Of a stretch of 32,000 nucleotides of DNA, positions 1 to 10,273 are shown piece by piece. The stretch comes from Candidatus Thorarchaeota archaeon (GTDB lineage Archaea > Asgardarchaeota > Heimdallarchaeia > Hodarchaeales > Hodarchaeaceae). The notes below the pieces were generated by a model, which was given only the letters and a program-made list of their open reading frames with translations, searched no databases and was not told the DNA's origin. The stretch's first letter is position 1. Every line of letters starts with the position of its first letter. The position numbers and the translations under genes are program-made. The stretch spans positions 90,001 to 122,000 of the forward strand of contig JBHLRO010000002.1 in the NCBI GenBank assembly GCA_048882505.1. The letters are read 5' to 3'.

Positions 1-275
1 AGAATCCCAGCTCCGACATTCATCTCTGTAAATGATTGATCTGTCTTTAAAATTGATTTTGTGGTTTTGTGGTAATAATGAGACCTGGCTCTTAATTCCG
101 GAGAATCAGACGAGATCGACCCAAGATATTTAAATATAAACAGCTTATGCATTTAGTAAAGAAACGTACCAGCTGAGATCGATAATAATCGTTTTCGTGT
201 TAAAGGGACGGAACATCTAACACACGAATACTATCGAGATTGACGATTTCTTGATAATGCAGAGTGCTATTACTT

Positions 276-560
276 ATGGGAAGAAAACGAAAAAGTAGGG
301 GACGATCAAAAGGGAAAAAAGGGGCATCTCAAAGGGTACAGTGCTCATCATGCGGCCAACAGGTACCTAGAGATAAAGCCAAACGGAAAACAGCTTATAA
401 ATCATTAGTCGATCCAGTTATCCGATCTGAATTAAGAAAACAAGGAACTAAGGTTCCACGGATACCTATGATACGCTATTACTGTGTTTCATGTGCTGTA
501 CACCGAGGTATAGTCCAGATAAGATCCGAAGATCATAGAAAAGGAAGACCCCGGTACTAA
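276..560 (+). CDS. rps26e: 30S ribosomal protein eS26 (S26e)
   Basis: MGRKRKSRGRSKG...VQCSSCGQQVPRDKAK...YYCVSCAVHRGIV matches the S26e zinc-binding pattern. ATG at 276 is preferred over GTG at 264. Confidence 0.95.
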   Translation: MGRKRKSRGRSKGKKGASQRVQCSSCGQQVPRDKAKRKTAYKSLVDPVIRSELRKQGTKVPRIPMIRYYCVSCAVHRGIVQIRSEDHRKGRPRY

Positions 561-715
561 TATTCTTCATACTATTTATCTGCAATATACACTAAACCGA
601 GGACTATCATGCCTTCCTTTCTTGTCTCTTCACTGCTTTTCCGATAGAGGACTGTGGCTCCCGATTACGATTTTCTATGTTATTTGTAATGCTCGCTTTA
701 AGTGCATCCGGGAAC

Positions 716-1144
716 CTAGCCCCATATCTTTATAATTCTGACTTTTAGATGCAATGTTTTTCCAGCTAGAGGATGATTTAGGTCAACAGTGAACGTTTTA
801 TCAGCTGTTTCCGTAACAATGCCCGGAATTTCAAAACCATCTGCGAAAGTAACTATTATTGACATTCCTTGGTGTAGGTTTTCTACTATCGGAACCTGAT
901 CTTTGTTTATTTTCATAACTAGGTTGGGATTACGAAATCCAAATGCGGCTTTTGGAGGAATTGAAAATTCCTTTTCTTCCCCTTCTTTCATTTCTCTTAA
1001 TTCATTCTCGATGCTGCTTAATATCGTACCTGACCCTAATTCGAACTCTAATAGGCTGCTGTGATTGTTATAATTCTCTAAAACAGTTCCATCATCTAAT
1101 GTTGTTATACATTTCATTTTCACTTTCTTTCCTTTCTTTATCAT
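716..1144 (-). CDS. FKBP-type peptidyl-prolyl cis-trans isomerase, short SlyD-like form with insert-in-flap domain and no His-rich tail
   Basis: G-x-x-V...LDDGTVLE, FELGSG, GEEKEFSIPPKAAFG and VDLNHPLAGKTL are SlyD/FkpB motifs. Confidence 0.9.
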   Translation of the reverse strand: MIKKGKKVKMKCITTLDDGTVLENYNNHSSLLEFELGSGTILSSIENELREMKEGEEKEFSIPPKAAFGFRNPNLVMKINKDQVPIVENLHQGMSIIVTFADGFEIPGIVTETADKTFTVDLNHPLAGKTLHLKVRIIKIWG

Positions 1145-1385
1145 AACACAAAACGCTCTGACATGATCTTCTATTCCCAGATCCCAATTTTGGGGATTTT
1201 TCCTGCAAATTTGTTATATATCAGCCAATCGGTCCAGTTTTTTTCCAAGTAATCCGTTTTTTCGAGAATTTTGGAACTTTTCTTATTCTAGATGCTGTGA
1301 AACCCGAACAGAAGAATGCAGAGAGGGAAGTTATAGCTACTACTACCAAAAGATTGGATTTTGGAATGAAATTTTCCCCAAGAGA

Positions 1386-1937
1386 TCAATTATTGCGGTA
1401 ATGGGACCTACCACCTGGTAAACGTTTCATTCCACAGTTAATGAGCATTCCTTTTGTATTTGAGGCTTCTCTGAATCCAAATCGACGATAAAAATCTTTC
1501 AATTCTAAAATATCTTCAGGGGTTGGTTTTTTTTCAGGACTGATAAATGGCTTGGCGTGGAGAGTCAAAACAATCCCTAATTCATCGGCAAAGGTACCTA
1601 TCTCATTGAGGAGTTTAGTTCCAAGTCCATTACCACGAAAGTCCGGTTCAATCCAAAGATTTCCAATGTAGCATTCGTTTTTTGTAGGTTCCCATGTAAG
1701 TGACACGCTCCCTATAATGTGAAATTCGCCTCCGTTTTGCACACCAATGTCTATAAGGCATTGTAACATAGTTTTTTGAGCTATTGCGCTTTTTAATGAT
1801 ATATAATCGCCTATAAAGACTTGATTTATGCTCTGAAATTTAAAACTATGGAACCCGTCGTTTATTCGAAACTCAACTTGAAAGTCCCAATAATCAAAAC
1901 TTGGAAAATTTCGTTTATTTTCTGCAACGGAAAACAT
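1386..1937 (-). CDS. GNAT-family N-acetyltransferase
   Basis: Acetyl-CoA motif A (LWIEPDFRGNGLGTKLL) and C-terminal FYRRFGF. A TATA-like CTTAAATA lies about 40 nt upstream on the minus strand. Confidence 0.85.
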   Translation of the reverse strand: MFSVAENKRNFPSFDYWDFQVEFRINDGFHSFKFQSINQVFIGDYISLKSAIAQKTMLQCLIDIGVQNGGEFHIIGSVSLTWEPTKNECYIGNLWIEPDFRGNGLGTKLLNEIGTFADELGIVLTLHAKPFISPEKKPTPEDILELKDFYRRFGFREASNTKGMLINCGMKRLPGGRSHYRNN

Positions 1938-3375
1938 GACTGTTCCCTTTGAAATAAAACAAGATAATTTTCCCCTATTTAAGATTTAGCGAAAATAATC
2001 TTAATAAAAAGCCATTCATAGCCACTAGTATCCCTAATAATAGTCTAAAAAAGTGTGGGACAAAATACTATAAGTTTTAACACCTCGTAAACTATTTTTC
2101 TCAATTTCGTGCCGAACGGTTTTGTTTGGGGGGAGCTATTAGTGATTAGATCATATTCTAAACACGTCAAATAACGTGTGAAAACAGGTTTTAAAGAATC
2201 AATTAAACTTGTTTTCAAAACAAAATGGTATGATTTACCTATTTAAGATTTTCGATAAGGTATCACCTTGGTTCTTGGGATAATAAATAGATATTCCTTC
2301 AAGAGATCTTGTAAGAGTTGAACGCTTAAACTATGATAAAAAATAGAAAATTAAGGCTCTAATGGGAGGATGAAAGTTGGTTTTCCGTTTTTCCTTATCC
2401 AGCTCTATGGAATAATCTGAGGGTTACAGAAATTTCTGGATCATAAACCCACTAATTTTTCAGTCAATCATTATTTTAGAGAAAATTGGTAATTAAATGT
2501 ATGTAAATACTCTCTTAGATCCGTTATTAATACAAATGGCAGCCGATCGTCTTGATTTTTCAGGAGATCCAGAGGAGCTAAAACGCCTAGATGCAGTCCT
2601 CTTCTCTGTAAAACATAAGTCACTTTTTGTTTTTATGCACACAATAACAAGATTGAATTATACCAGAAAATTGGGTTAAACGTTGGCATTATTGAGTTAA
2701 AACAAAAGAAGATAATTGATAATACCAGTTTGCTTCCTTGTTAAGGAATTTGGCAGGTTTATTATAGATTTCGCTTGATACAAGTGAGGTAGATAATGTA
2801 CATCAGAAATAGAAGCATCTAGAAAGGAACAGACTCATATCCATCTGGTTTCTGGGGATAAACTATTGGTTGAGTAAACCAAAGCTCTCCACACGTCTCT
2901 TTATTGCCGGCAGGGAACGAATGACAAGACAAAAACTGTATCAAAGCCTATGAGGTAGAGAGACAAAGAATTATAGAATCATAAATGTAAAATGAAATGG
3001 TTACTGTTCTGAGGTTGGAAAGAGGAGTTTGGAAGTTTTAAATTACGCTATGAATATAGAAGATCTTCAGTTAGCGGAATGATAAACATCGCATGGCAAT
3101 TCACTAAAATTCTCTCACAACGACAAGCGGAAGTTCTATGGCATTATCAGATGTGTGCCCATTGCTACCTTACTATGCGTAAGCAGGAAACAAGGTAACT
3201 TTAAACCACAGCCATTCCTTCCTCCACCTGGCCGTTAATTTGACCGTACCTGATTCTTTGGGAGGCATCTTCGGGGTATCATTGCACACATGAGGCAGAT
3301 GCCGTTGTGCTGTTCATGACATGAGAAGGTGTGAAAGTAGTGTGCATAAGGTATCTACCCAAACCCCCAATCGAG

Positions 3376-4509
3376 TTAGTTTCGGGGCATCCTTAAAACC
3401 TTTTGATATAATCGAATGGTTTTCCTGGCTACAAGCGACCAAGAAGTATCCTTAGCGAATAAGGCCAATTTTTGACTTAATTGGTTTTTCATTTCTGGAG
3501 AAGTCTGTAATACTTCAATGTGTTTCAGATAATTACCATTTTTAACATTACAAAATGGAATTCTTTCGGTTAATTCTTTGAACTTAGGAGAAGAAGAAAC
3601 CAATACAATTTTTCCCAGGCCAATAGCAAGATGTAAAATACCAGAAGCGGAGAAATAATTTTGATTATAAGGCAGTATAATACAATCCGCTTCTGTAATT
3701 AAAGCAATCAGTTCTTGATCAGTTAAAAAGCGAGGGATAATGGTCATGGTCGCATTTGCTTTCCCTCTTAATTCCGTTATATGTCGAACTAATTCGATAT
3801 CCTTTATCATTCCTGCTATAACGATTTCTAAATCCTTTTTTGTGATTATTGAGGATAGAGCTTCTTCAAATCCTTTAGTCTTCTTTAAAAAACCCACCAT
3901 CGCGATTTTAAACGATTTTCCTTCAAAGAAACACATCCTTTTTGGCTTAGATTCTGTCCTAGTAGAGCCATGTGGGATCACAAATATTTTCTCAGGATCC
4001 ATCCCCTTAGAAAGAAGAAAATCTTTAGCATTCTCCTGATGGACTATATATGCATCGGAAAGTAATAAAACGTCTCTTAGCAGCTCAAGGAAGGAGGGTT
4101 CGGTATATACTGAATGAAGGGTTATAACCGTTTTTTTCCTTGTTTGACTTCGGATCTCTCTTAATAACGCCAAAAAATTGTCTCGTGATGGAAAAATGCT
4201 TATATCATGCTGAAAATGAATAATGTCGCTTGAATCTTGGCTGATAACTTGCATTAATGGATCTTTAAACTTTTTTGGGCTTCGTAAACTCAAAATCGTT
4301 CTGGCCTGAGGTATTAATTTTCTTATATTCTCTCCTTGATCCTTTTGATGGTTAAAAAGCCAGACTGTTGTAGTTTCTATGCCTTGAGTTTTATTAAATT
4401 CTCGTGTTAGCTGTTCAGAATATGTCGCTATACCCCCGAATGCCTCTGAAATTAATAAAATTCTCAATATGCACTTCTCTTCAATATAGAAATCTGGAAA
4501 TATCCGCAT
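3376..4509 (-). CDS. GT4 glycosyltransferase (mannosyltransferase-like subfamily)
   Basis: HFQHDISIF, VITLHSV, VIPHG, GFLKKTKG, and DCIILPY...SASGILHLAIGLGK GT-B fold motifs. Confidence 0.85.
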   Translation of the reverse strand: MRIFPDFYIEEKCILRILLISEAFGGIATYSEQLTREFNKTQGIETTTVWLFNHQKDQGENIRKLIPQARTILSLRSPKKFKDPLMQVISQDSSDIIHFQHDISIFPSRDNFLALLREIRSQTRKKTVITLHSVYTEPSFLELLRDVLLLSDAYIVHQENAKDFLLSKGMDPEKIFVIPHGSTRTESKPKRMCFFEGKSFKIAMVGFLKKTKGFEEALSSIITKKDLEIVIAGMIKDIELVRHITELRGKANATMTIIPRFLTDQELIALITEADCIILPYNQNYFSASGILHLAIGLGKIVLVSSSPKFKELTERIPFCNVKNGNYLKHIEVLQTSPEMKNQLSQKLALFAKDTSWSLVARKTIRLYQKVLRMPRN

Positions 4510-4923
4510 AAATCAAATATAATTATAATCTTTATTCAGTTTCATTTTTTAAACTAGATTTGATTATAAAAATCGATTCTTGTTTATAGAGTTTTTAATG
4601 AAATGCTTTTATTCTTTTTCATTTATTTATAAGAGTGCAGTAATGTTGATCGAAAGCTTTTAAAGCGGGGCTATGAGGTTTTTAGATGAGATATGGTATC
4701 CTGGATTAATTATGCCTTGAAGTTATAGATTTCGAATTTGATTAACCCTAGGATATCCTCTTGCCCACATTAAAATAAATCTGTGCACTGAAATCGAGCA
4801 CGGTTCAAAAAGCTCCTCTCAATCTAAAATTCCTTAAGTTTTGTGAGAGCCAGCCTATTTTTTGGTCAACAGGGAAAATGTCTCAGAAAGCGGATTAACC
4901 ATATGATCCCAGGTGAAATTACA

Positions 4924-5868
4924 ATGGAAAATGTAAGAAACTACAACGTACCCTCTCGAGAAATTCTTGAATATCAACAAGACCCCCTACATATCTATAC
5001 CAATGAATATTGGAGGGCCAGAGCGAAAATTGCAGAACGGTTAATTAAAAAGGTATTATCGTGCTATTTTTCTGAAATTGAACCAATAGATACTGTCTTG
5101 GATTTAGCCTGTGGAAGAGGGTTTTTTGGACGAACTCTTGTACAATCATTTGATGTCTCTGAATTATGGTGTATTGATGTTAATCCCCGACAGCTAGATA
5201 TGGCAAACAAATTGAACTCAGAATTAACAGAAGTCAACACCTACGAAGTTCAAATAAATCTTGGAACAGACCCTATTCCTTTTTCGTCAGATTCAGTTGA
5301 TTTAGCGATGATGATCAACTCAATTTACTATTTGGAAAATGGTCAGAAGCTAAAATTATTCAAAGAAGTCTGTCGATGCATACGTCCTGGTGGTATGTTC
5401 ATATTTTCAATCGAAAACTCATTATATTGGCGGAACACGCATCCATATTTTCCTCCACTCACTTTTTTGTGGAAGTATCCTCCGAAAATAGCAAGAAAGG
5501 TTCTTTCACGAAATGGGTTTTCTAAGAAGCTGCAAAAATTCAATCTCCATCACCATGAGAGTGCTTTCACATATTTAAAGCTATTAAAGAAGGCAAATGC
5601 AAAAAAAGTAACCTCATTACTGACTAATGTCCTTGAATATGATAATAGACTAGCTGATCATTCCTCGTTTCCATTTCCTAGCGATGTTCCCATAGGCGTT
5701 ACTGTAAACTCTCCAAAGAATGAAATTATTAAGTTTTTCAACATTTTTCAACATGGATCATTTGGAGATAGGCTTTATTCGAATTTTGCAAACTTCCTGG
5801 TGCATCTTAATCTGCACAGATTGGCTTTCTTAACAGCCCCACGGATTATGTTTTTGGTTCAATTCTAG
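4924..5868 (+). CDS. Class I SAM-dependent methyltransferase
   Basis: VLDLACGRGFF (motif I), CIDVNP, PFSSDSVDLA and IRPGGMFIF. Start chosen at ATG 4924 because GGTGA (SD-like) lies just upstream; ATG 4903 is an alternative. Confidence 0.85.
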   Translation: MENVRNYNVPSREILEYQQDPLHIYTNEYWRARAKIAERLIKKVLSCYFSEIEPIDTVLDLACGRGFFGRTLVQSFDVSELWCIDVNPRQLDMANKLNSELTEVNTYEVQINLGTDPIPFSSDSVDLAMMINSIYYLENGQKLKLFKEVCRCIRPGGMFIFSIENSLYWRNTHPYFPPLTFLWKYPPKIARKVLSRNGFSKKLQKFNLHHHESAFTYLKLLKKANAKKVTSLLTNVLEYDNRLADHSSFPFPSDVPIGVTVNSPKNEIIKFFNIFQHGSFGDRLYSNFANFLVHLNLHRLAFLTAPRIMFLVQF

Positions 5869-6153
5869 TTCTATCGTTTGAATGCATCTGGGCCTTTTTT
5901 CTACCAAATATACATGATTTTTTTCAAGAATAAGGTATTTTCGTTTAAGAAATCTATCACCAAAGTTTTTTTTAAAATGGCAGTCAAATTGGGGTCGGCA
6001 CGGAAGGTTTACTAAACAATGCGAGCAAACCAAGACACAATCCATTGATTTGATCAAGACAGTAAAAGATATCAATCCCAGCCAATCAGAGCAGTCAATC
6101 TTTCGGATTCTATTTGCTATCTAACTGAAGTGTGTACGTGGAAGATCATCTGA

Positions 6154-7338
6154 ATGACAGCATTAGATAAGACTCTTGGCCATTTACCTGACGGAACCAC
6201 TATAAAAATTGGTAATGGTGAGGAGGTTTATCGATTACATTCGTATGAGAATAATCCAATTATTGGCCCAATTGACTCAGGATTGACTTGGTTAGAGAAA
6301 GGGACCTTTATTACAGGATCAATTTTCAATCCAGGTGCGACTGTTTTTGATCAAAAAGTCATTCTTAGTCCCAGAATCCATGCAAAATATCAAAAGGGTA
6401 AATTTTTCGATGACTCGCTTCGAATAGAGCGGATTGGATTTACTAATTATATCTCAAAAATTTGGATCCTTATCAGCGAGGATGGGATTAACTTCGAACG
6501 ATATCACAGGACATTACTCAAAGGTGACGGTACCACTCACAGGGATTTCTTTTATGGAATTGAAGACACAAGAATTATTGAAAGAAATGGATACTATCTC
6601 TTATTGGGATGTGGGAAAATTATCCCCCCCTTCCAAGGCCTTCCTGGAAATAAAGGCGATCGAATTGCCGTGTATTCGACAAAGGATTTTGTGGAAATTA
6701 GATACCACGGCATTATTCCTAATATCGACATGCGAAATGCCGTAATATTTCCTGAAACCGTTTCTGGTAAAAACTACATATTACTACGCCTTGGAAAAAA
6801 CATTCATATCGATGTTATGGAGGCAGGTATGAAGCAACTCCTCAATCCTTCCAAGTATAGGTCTTTATGGAAGAAAATATTTAATCGTCAGGAAAAAACC
6901 AAACTTCTCGAGGTCGGACTTTATCCTCACGAGAAAGAGAAGATTGGATCAGGGCCGCCCCCTATTCGGACAGAAAAAGGATGGTTGCTGATTTATCATG
7001 CTGTTGGCAAAATCTCTTCCTCTATTGGGCGCATTTATGGTCTTGCACCAAGGATAAATAGAAGTTATTCAATCTGTGCTGCTCTTCTAGATTTAAATGA
7101 CCCCACTAAAGTACTTTGTCGCACGAAATATCCTGTTTATATTCCCTCAAAACCATGGGAATTGTATGGCAATGAAATATATCCAGTAGATGTTCCTGCG
7201 GTTGTTTTTCCCATGGGTTTAATCGTCAAAGGAGGTAAGATGCTTCTATATGCAGGGGCCGGCGACAAATATGTAATATTATTGAGTGCGCACTTAAACT
7301 CTTTTCTTGAGTTTTTATGGCAACAATGCAGGTTATGA
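6154..7338 (+). CDS. GH130-family glycoside hydrolase/phosphorylase (PH1107-like, five-bladed beta-propeller)
   Basis: NPII, FNPGA, GIEDTRI, KIGSGPPPIRTEKGWLLIYHAV, LLDLNDPTKV, VVFPMG and YAGAGD. Confidence 0.88.
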   Translation: MTALDKTLGHLPDGTTIKIGNGEEVYRLHSYENNPIIGPIDSGLTWLEKGTFITGSIFNPGATVFDQKVILSPRIHAKYQKGKFFDDSLRIERIGFTNYISKIWILISEDGINFERYHRTLLKGDGTTHRDFFYGIEDTRIIERNGYYLLLGCGKIIPPFQGLPGNKGDRIAVYSTKDFVEIRYHGIIPNIDMRNAVIFPETVSGKNYILLRLGKNIHIDVMEAGMKQLLNPSKYRSLWKKIFNRQEKTKLLEVGLYPHEKEKIGSGPPPIRTEKGWLLIYHAVGKISSSIGRIYGLAPRINRSYSICAALLDLNDPTKVLCRTKYPVYIPSKPWELYGNEIYPVDVPAVVFPMGLIVKGGKMLLYAGAGDKYVILLSAHLNSFLEFLWQQCRL

Positions 7339-7883
7339 CACTCTAAAACGCAATCAAAAGAATTCAGATCAAGAAGAGGGTTTTTTGCAGCTAATACGCC
7401 AAAGTGGTCACCTATACTCCCTGGATTTCACACAGGATTCCAGATGAAGAACCAATAGACAGAAGAAAATCATTAAAAACCCCTCTCGCTATTTTCCTGA
7501 TTCTATTGACCGATAGAGCCTTCATGCATACTTTCGAGGGTTTGCTTACTCTTATGGGGATCAAAAAAATATCTGCAAGGAATCAGGTCTCAGTGGAATG
7601 TGATATTTGATAGAATGCAGCGTCTTATTGCCGATCTAATGATCCAATAATTTCACTGTTATGGTCGCATTGCCGCAGATATAATCAGCTGGGTACGGGG
7701 ATCCCACACCAATCGCGAAACCTAGGCAGCGAAAGAAGTGATTGATTCTAAGAGCCTAACCAAAGAAATTAAAGAGCGAACACATATTATTTGGAAGTTA
7801 TACCGATATACTTATGAATCAAAGAATTCACAATAAGTTAACGTAAGTTTACATCACGGCCATTCCTCTCTCCGGTACCATCT

Positions 7884-8020
7884 CCTCCTCATCGTGAATT
7901 TAAGGTGTAGGACTTCCTTAGAGGGGCTTTCTAGGCATATTTTGCATATTCGGAGCAGAATATCAATGCAGTTCTTATGATAACAGAAAGTATCGGAGCT
8001 CCGTATCAAAGGTTTTTGCC
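7884..8020 (+). repeat. Copy A of a diverged non-coding block of about 140 bp, upstream of cdc6
   Basis: Aligns by hand to 9511-9651 with shared CCTCCTC, ATCGTGAA, AGAGG, CTTTCTAGGC, GCAGA, CTTAT and TTT-TGCC. 76/131 positions are identical over 7891-8020 vs 9521-9651 with one gap. Confidence 0.75.
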
Positions 8021-8069
8021 CACATGCCCAGATAAACAACTTCAAAATAGATTTTGGGGTCATTACCAT

Positions 8070-9296
8070 ATGAATGAAAGAAATAGCTATGATATCATCA
8101 AAGATGCATTATTCTCCTCATCGGTTTTCAAGGAAGGAGGAGAAAAAACGCTGCATCAATCGTATGTACCAGAAGATCTCAAGTTCAGAGAAGATGACAT
8201 ACGCAGAATCACCCAGAATTTTCGTCCCCTATTTTTATCGAATAAGGGAGGGGGTGAAGGATTTTCTACTAATATTTCGCTTGTGGGGCCAGCGGGGGTA
8301 GGTAAGACCGTAACCGCAAGATATACCATTGCACGGCTACGAGATATGGCCCAGAGGTACCATCTCAAACTGTACGAGAGCTATACCAATTGTTGGACAA
8401 CCCGTACGAAGACCAGCATCCTTCGTTCATTTCTCCGAGATCGATTTAACGTAGCTAGTCGAGGATTTTCAGATGAAGAATCTACGGATATTTTAACTCG
8501 CCGATTGAACTCCGAACAAGCCTACTTGATTTTGATTCTGGATGAGGTAAGTGTACTATCCCAAAAGGATGTAAGAGGGTTCATACATCTTCCCGAAGAG
8601 TTCGGCGCAGAACACCGGATCTCCTTGATTATGATTAGCCGACCTACAGAATGGAAAGTCACCCTATCCTCAGTGGTCTCTCAACGGATTGCGGATGTCA
8701 TCCAATTTGATCCCTACTCTCTTGATGAGACGAAACGCATCTTAGAATACCGGGCTCGCTTGGCCTTGAAAAGCTCCGCTATTTCAGATGAACTGATTGA
8801 TATGGTGGCCGAAATCTCTGATCAAACAAAGAACCTCCGGCATGGTATTGAGATTTTGTACCGATCGGGGAGAGCTGCGGATCAACAACGCCTGGACGAA
8901 ATCACTCCTGAATTGATTCGGAGGGCCAAGAATGATGTGTTTCCCGAGATGCGGGCTGACATACTTGAAGGGTTGAAAATCCATGAACTAATTGCCGCGC
9001 TTGGAATCGCTAGAAGGCTACATCACAAGGGAATCACCGCAACAACCATAGAGCATTCCCTGAAGAATTATCGCATAATCTGTGAGGAATGGAATGTCCG
9101 CCCGAATGGAGAGGCGGCGTTTCGGAAATATCTCAACACCTTAGAGTCCATCGGGATCCTTGGAAAGGTCACCAAGGGGGTAAAAGGTCGTAAGGGGGTT
9201 CGTGCCCGTCTTACCATTCATGATGTGCCTGCTGCGGTTCTGATTGAAAGACTTGAAGTGTTTTTAAATCAACGATTGAGCAATAGAAAAACTTAA
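8070..9296 (+). CDS. cdc6: Orc1/Cdc6 replication initiator (AAA+ and winged helix)
   Basis: Walker A GPAGVGKT, Walker B LILILDEV, YTNCW, FDPYSLDETKRILEYR and a C-terminal wHTH. ATG 8070 (MNERNSYDII) is preferred over ATG 7977, which starts inside repeat A. Confidence 0.93.
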   Translation: MNERNSYDIIKDALFSSSVFKEGGEKTLHQSYVPEDLKFREDDIRRITQNFRPLFLSNKGGGEGFSTNISLVGPAGVGKTVTARYTIARLRDMAQRYHLKLYESYTNCWTTRTKTSILRSFLRDRFNVASRGFSDEESTDILTRRLNSEQAYLILILDEVSVLSQKDVRGFIHLPEEFGAEHRISLIMISRPTEWKVTLSSVVSQRIADVIQFDPYSLDETKRILEYRARLALKSSAISDELIDMVAEISDQTKNLRHGIEILYRSGRAADQQRLDEITPELIRRAKNDVFPEMRADILEGLKIHELIAALGIARRLHHKGITATTIEHSLKNYRIICEEWNVRPNGEAAFRKYLNTLESIGILGKVTKGVKGRKGVRARLTIHDVPAAVLIERLEVFLNQRLSNRKT

Positions 9297-9510
9297 CTGA
9301 ATTAAAGATCCGTATTACACATTAAATATGAATGGACTTAGTCTCCTATCTCAAGGTGTGAATTGGTCTGTTCTAAAAGGGGAACGTAAAGTATTTTAGG
9401 GATTCCTAGGGATTTAAGTTTGCCCAAGATCCTGGGATACCTTTTAAGACGTTGATTGAAGTGGATTATTGTCCTAGATAGTAAAATAAGCGCATGTTAT
9501 ACTGGTTTCC

Positions 9511-9651
9511 CCTCCTCAAAATCGTGAAATTAATCATCCAAGACTCGCCAAGAGGATCTTTCTAGGCGTTTCTTGTACATCCGAGGCAGACTCTTGTCAC
9601 GCTACTTATTACGTGGGAAGAATTTGAAGTAGAGCGCTCAAGATTTCTGCC
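9511..9651 (+). repeat. Copy B of the diverged non-coding block, upstream of gins23
   Basis: See copy A. It ends 32 nt before the gins start, while copy A ends 49 nt before the cdc6 start. Confidence 0.75.
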
Positions 9652-9683
9652 TGGATTCCCTGTTACTGGAGACATAGTTAAAA

Positions 9684-10247
9684 TTGAGTTTTGAGACCCC
9701 ATCCAAAACCGAACTATTGAACGAGCTGGAACGCCTCAGGTTTGAATTATTAGAAACCAAAATCCCCGTTACCTTCCGTAGAGATTTTTCTGGATTTTCA
9801 TTTGAGGGAGTTTCAGTTCCTGCTGTCTCTAGAGGTAGCCAACTCGAAATACCGTACTTTATGGCTCAGATTTTGCTTGTCGATGAAGTGATTGAAGAAT
9901 TTACGCTCGAATTTCCAGATTCTCTTCAAGAACTAACAGGAGCAGTTAGAAACGAGGTACGTTCTGGTCAATTGCAGCCATTACCTCGTTTTTTTAACCT
10001 ATTATTGAAAGATTTGGTGCTAAATGATCAAGATCCAGATTCAGATTATGGCGAGGTTGACTACAAGCGTAAACGGGCCAAATATCTCCAGCTACTACAG
10101 GCCCGAGTAACAAAAATTGTTAAGATGGCCGATGGTATGCAACGGATTCCCCGCAAGCATAATATGACTGCTGAAGAACAAGTACTGTTTAACAAACTCC
10201 AGGAAATTGTTGGCGCTTATAAACACTTACTAACCAAAATCGAGTGA
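9684..10247 (+). CDS. gins23: GINS complex subunit, Gins23 (Psf2/Psf3-like, B-A domain order)
   Basis: N-terminal beta domain (IPVTFRRDFSGFSFEG...LEIPYFMAQIL), LQPLPRFF, RVTKIVKMA and MTAEEQVLFNKL. It is followed by an mcm start, the usual archaeal gins23-mcm synteny. Confidence 0.82.
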   Translation: MSFETPSKTELLNELERLRFELLETKIPVTFRRDFSGFSFEGVSVPAVSRGSQLEIPYFMAQILLVDEVIEEFTLEFPDSLQELTGAVRNEVRSGQLQPLPRFFNLLLKDLVLNDQDPDSDYGEVDYKRKRAKYLQLLQARVTKIVKMADGMQRIPRKHNMTAEEQVLFNKLQEIVGAYKHLLTKIE

Positions 10248-10273
10248 ATCAAAAGAAAAATGGAAGGAAATTT

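Noticed and set aside
1-149. Open minus-strand frame running off the window start
   Set aside because: About 50 codons with no recognisable motif; it cannot be assessed without flanking sequence.
3079-3198. MINIAWQFTKILSQRQAEVLWHYQMCAH..., faintly like the N-terminal helix of TnpB/IS605 OrfB
   Set aside because: The similarity rests on about five residues, with no downstream RuvC or Zn-ribbon remnant and no IS ends recognised.
7339-8069. Canonical replication origin (ORB repeats) upstream of cdc6
   Set aside because: Only weak fragments were found (TTCCAGATGAAG, CAGTGGAA). There is no repeated TTCCAxTGGAAA...GGGG motif, so an origin cannot be supported, though a non-canonical one is not excluded.
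7977-8069. 31-aa N-terminal extension of Cdc6 in the ORF track
   Set aside because: It lies inside repeat A, and the equivalent frame is not conserved in copy B. ATG 8070 gives a normal-length protein.
7854-8069. 71-aa minus-strand ORF containing CxxC
   Set aside because: The same frame in repeat copy B contains stops, so it is probably not a gene.
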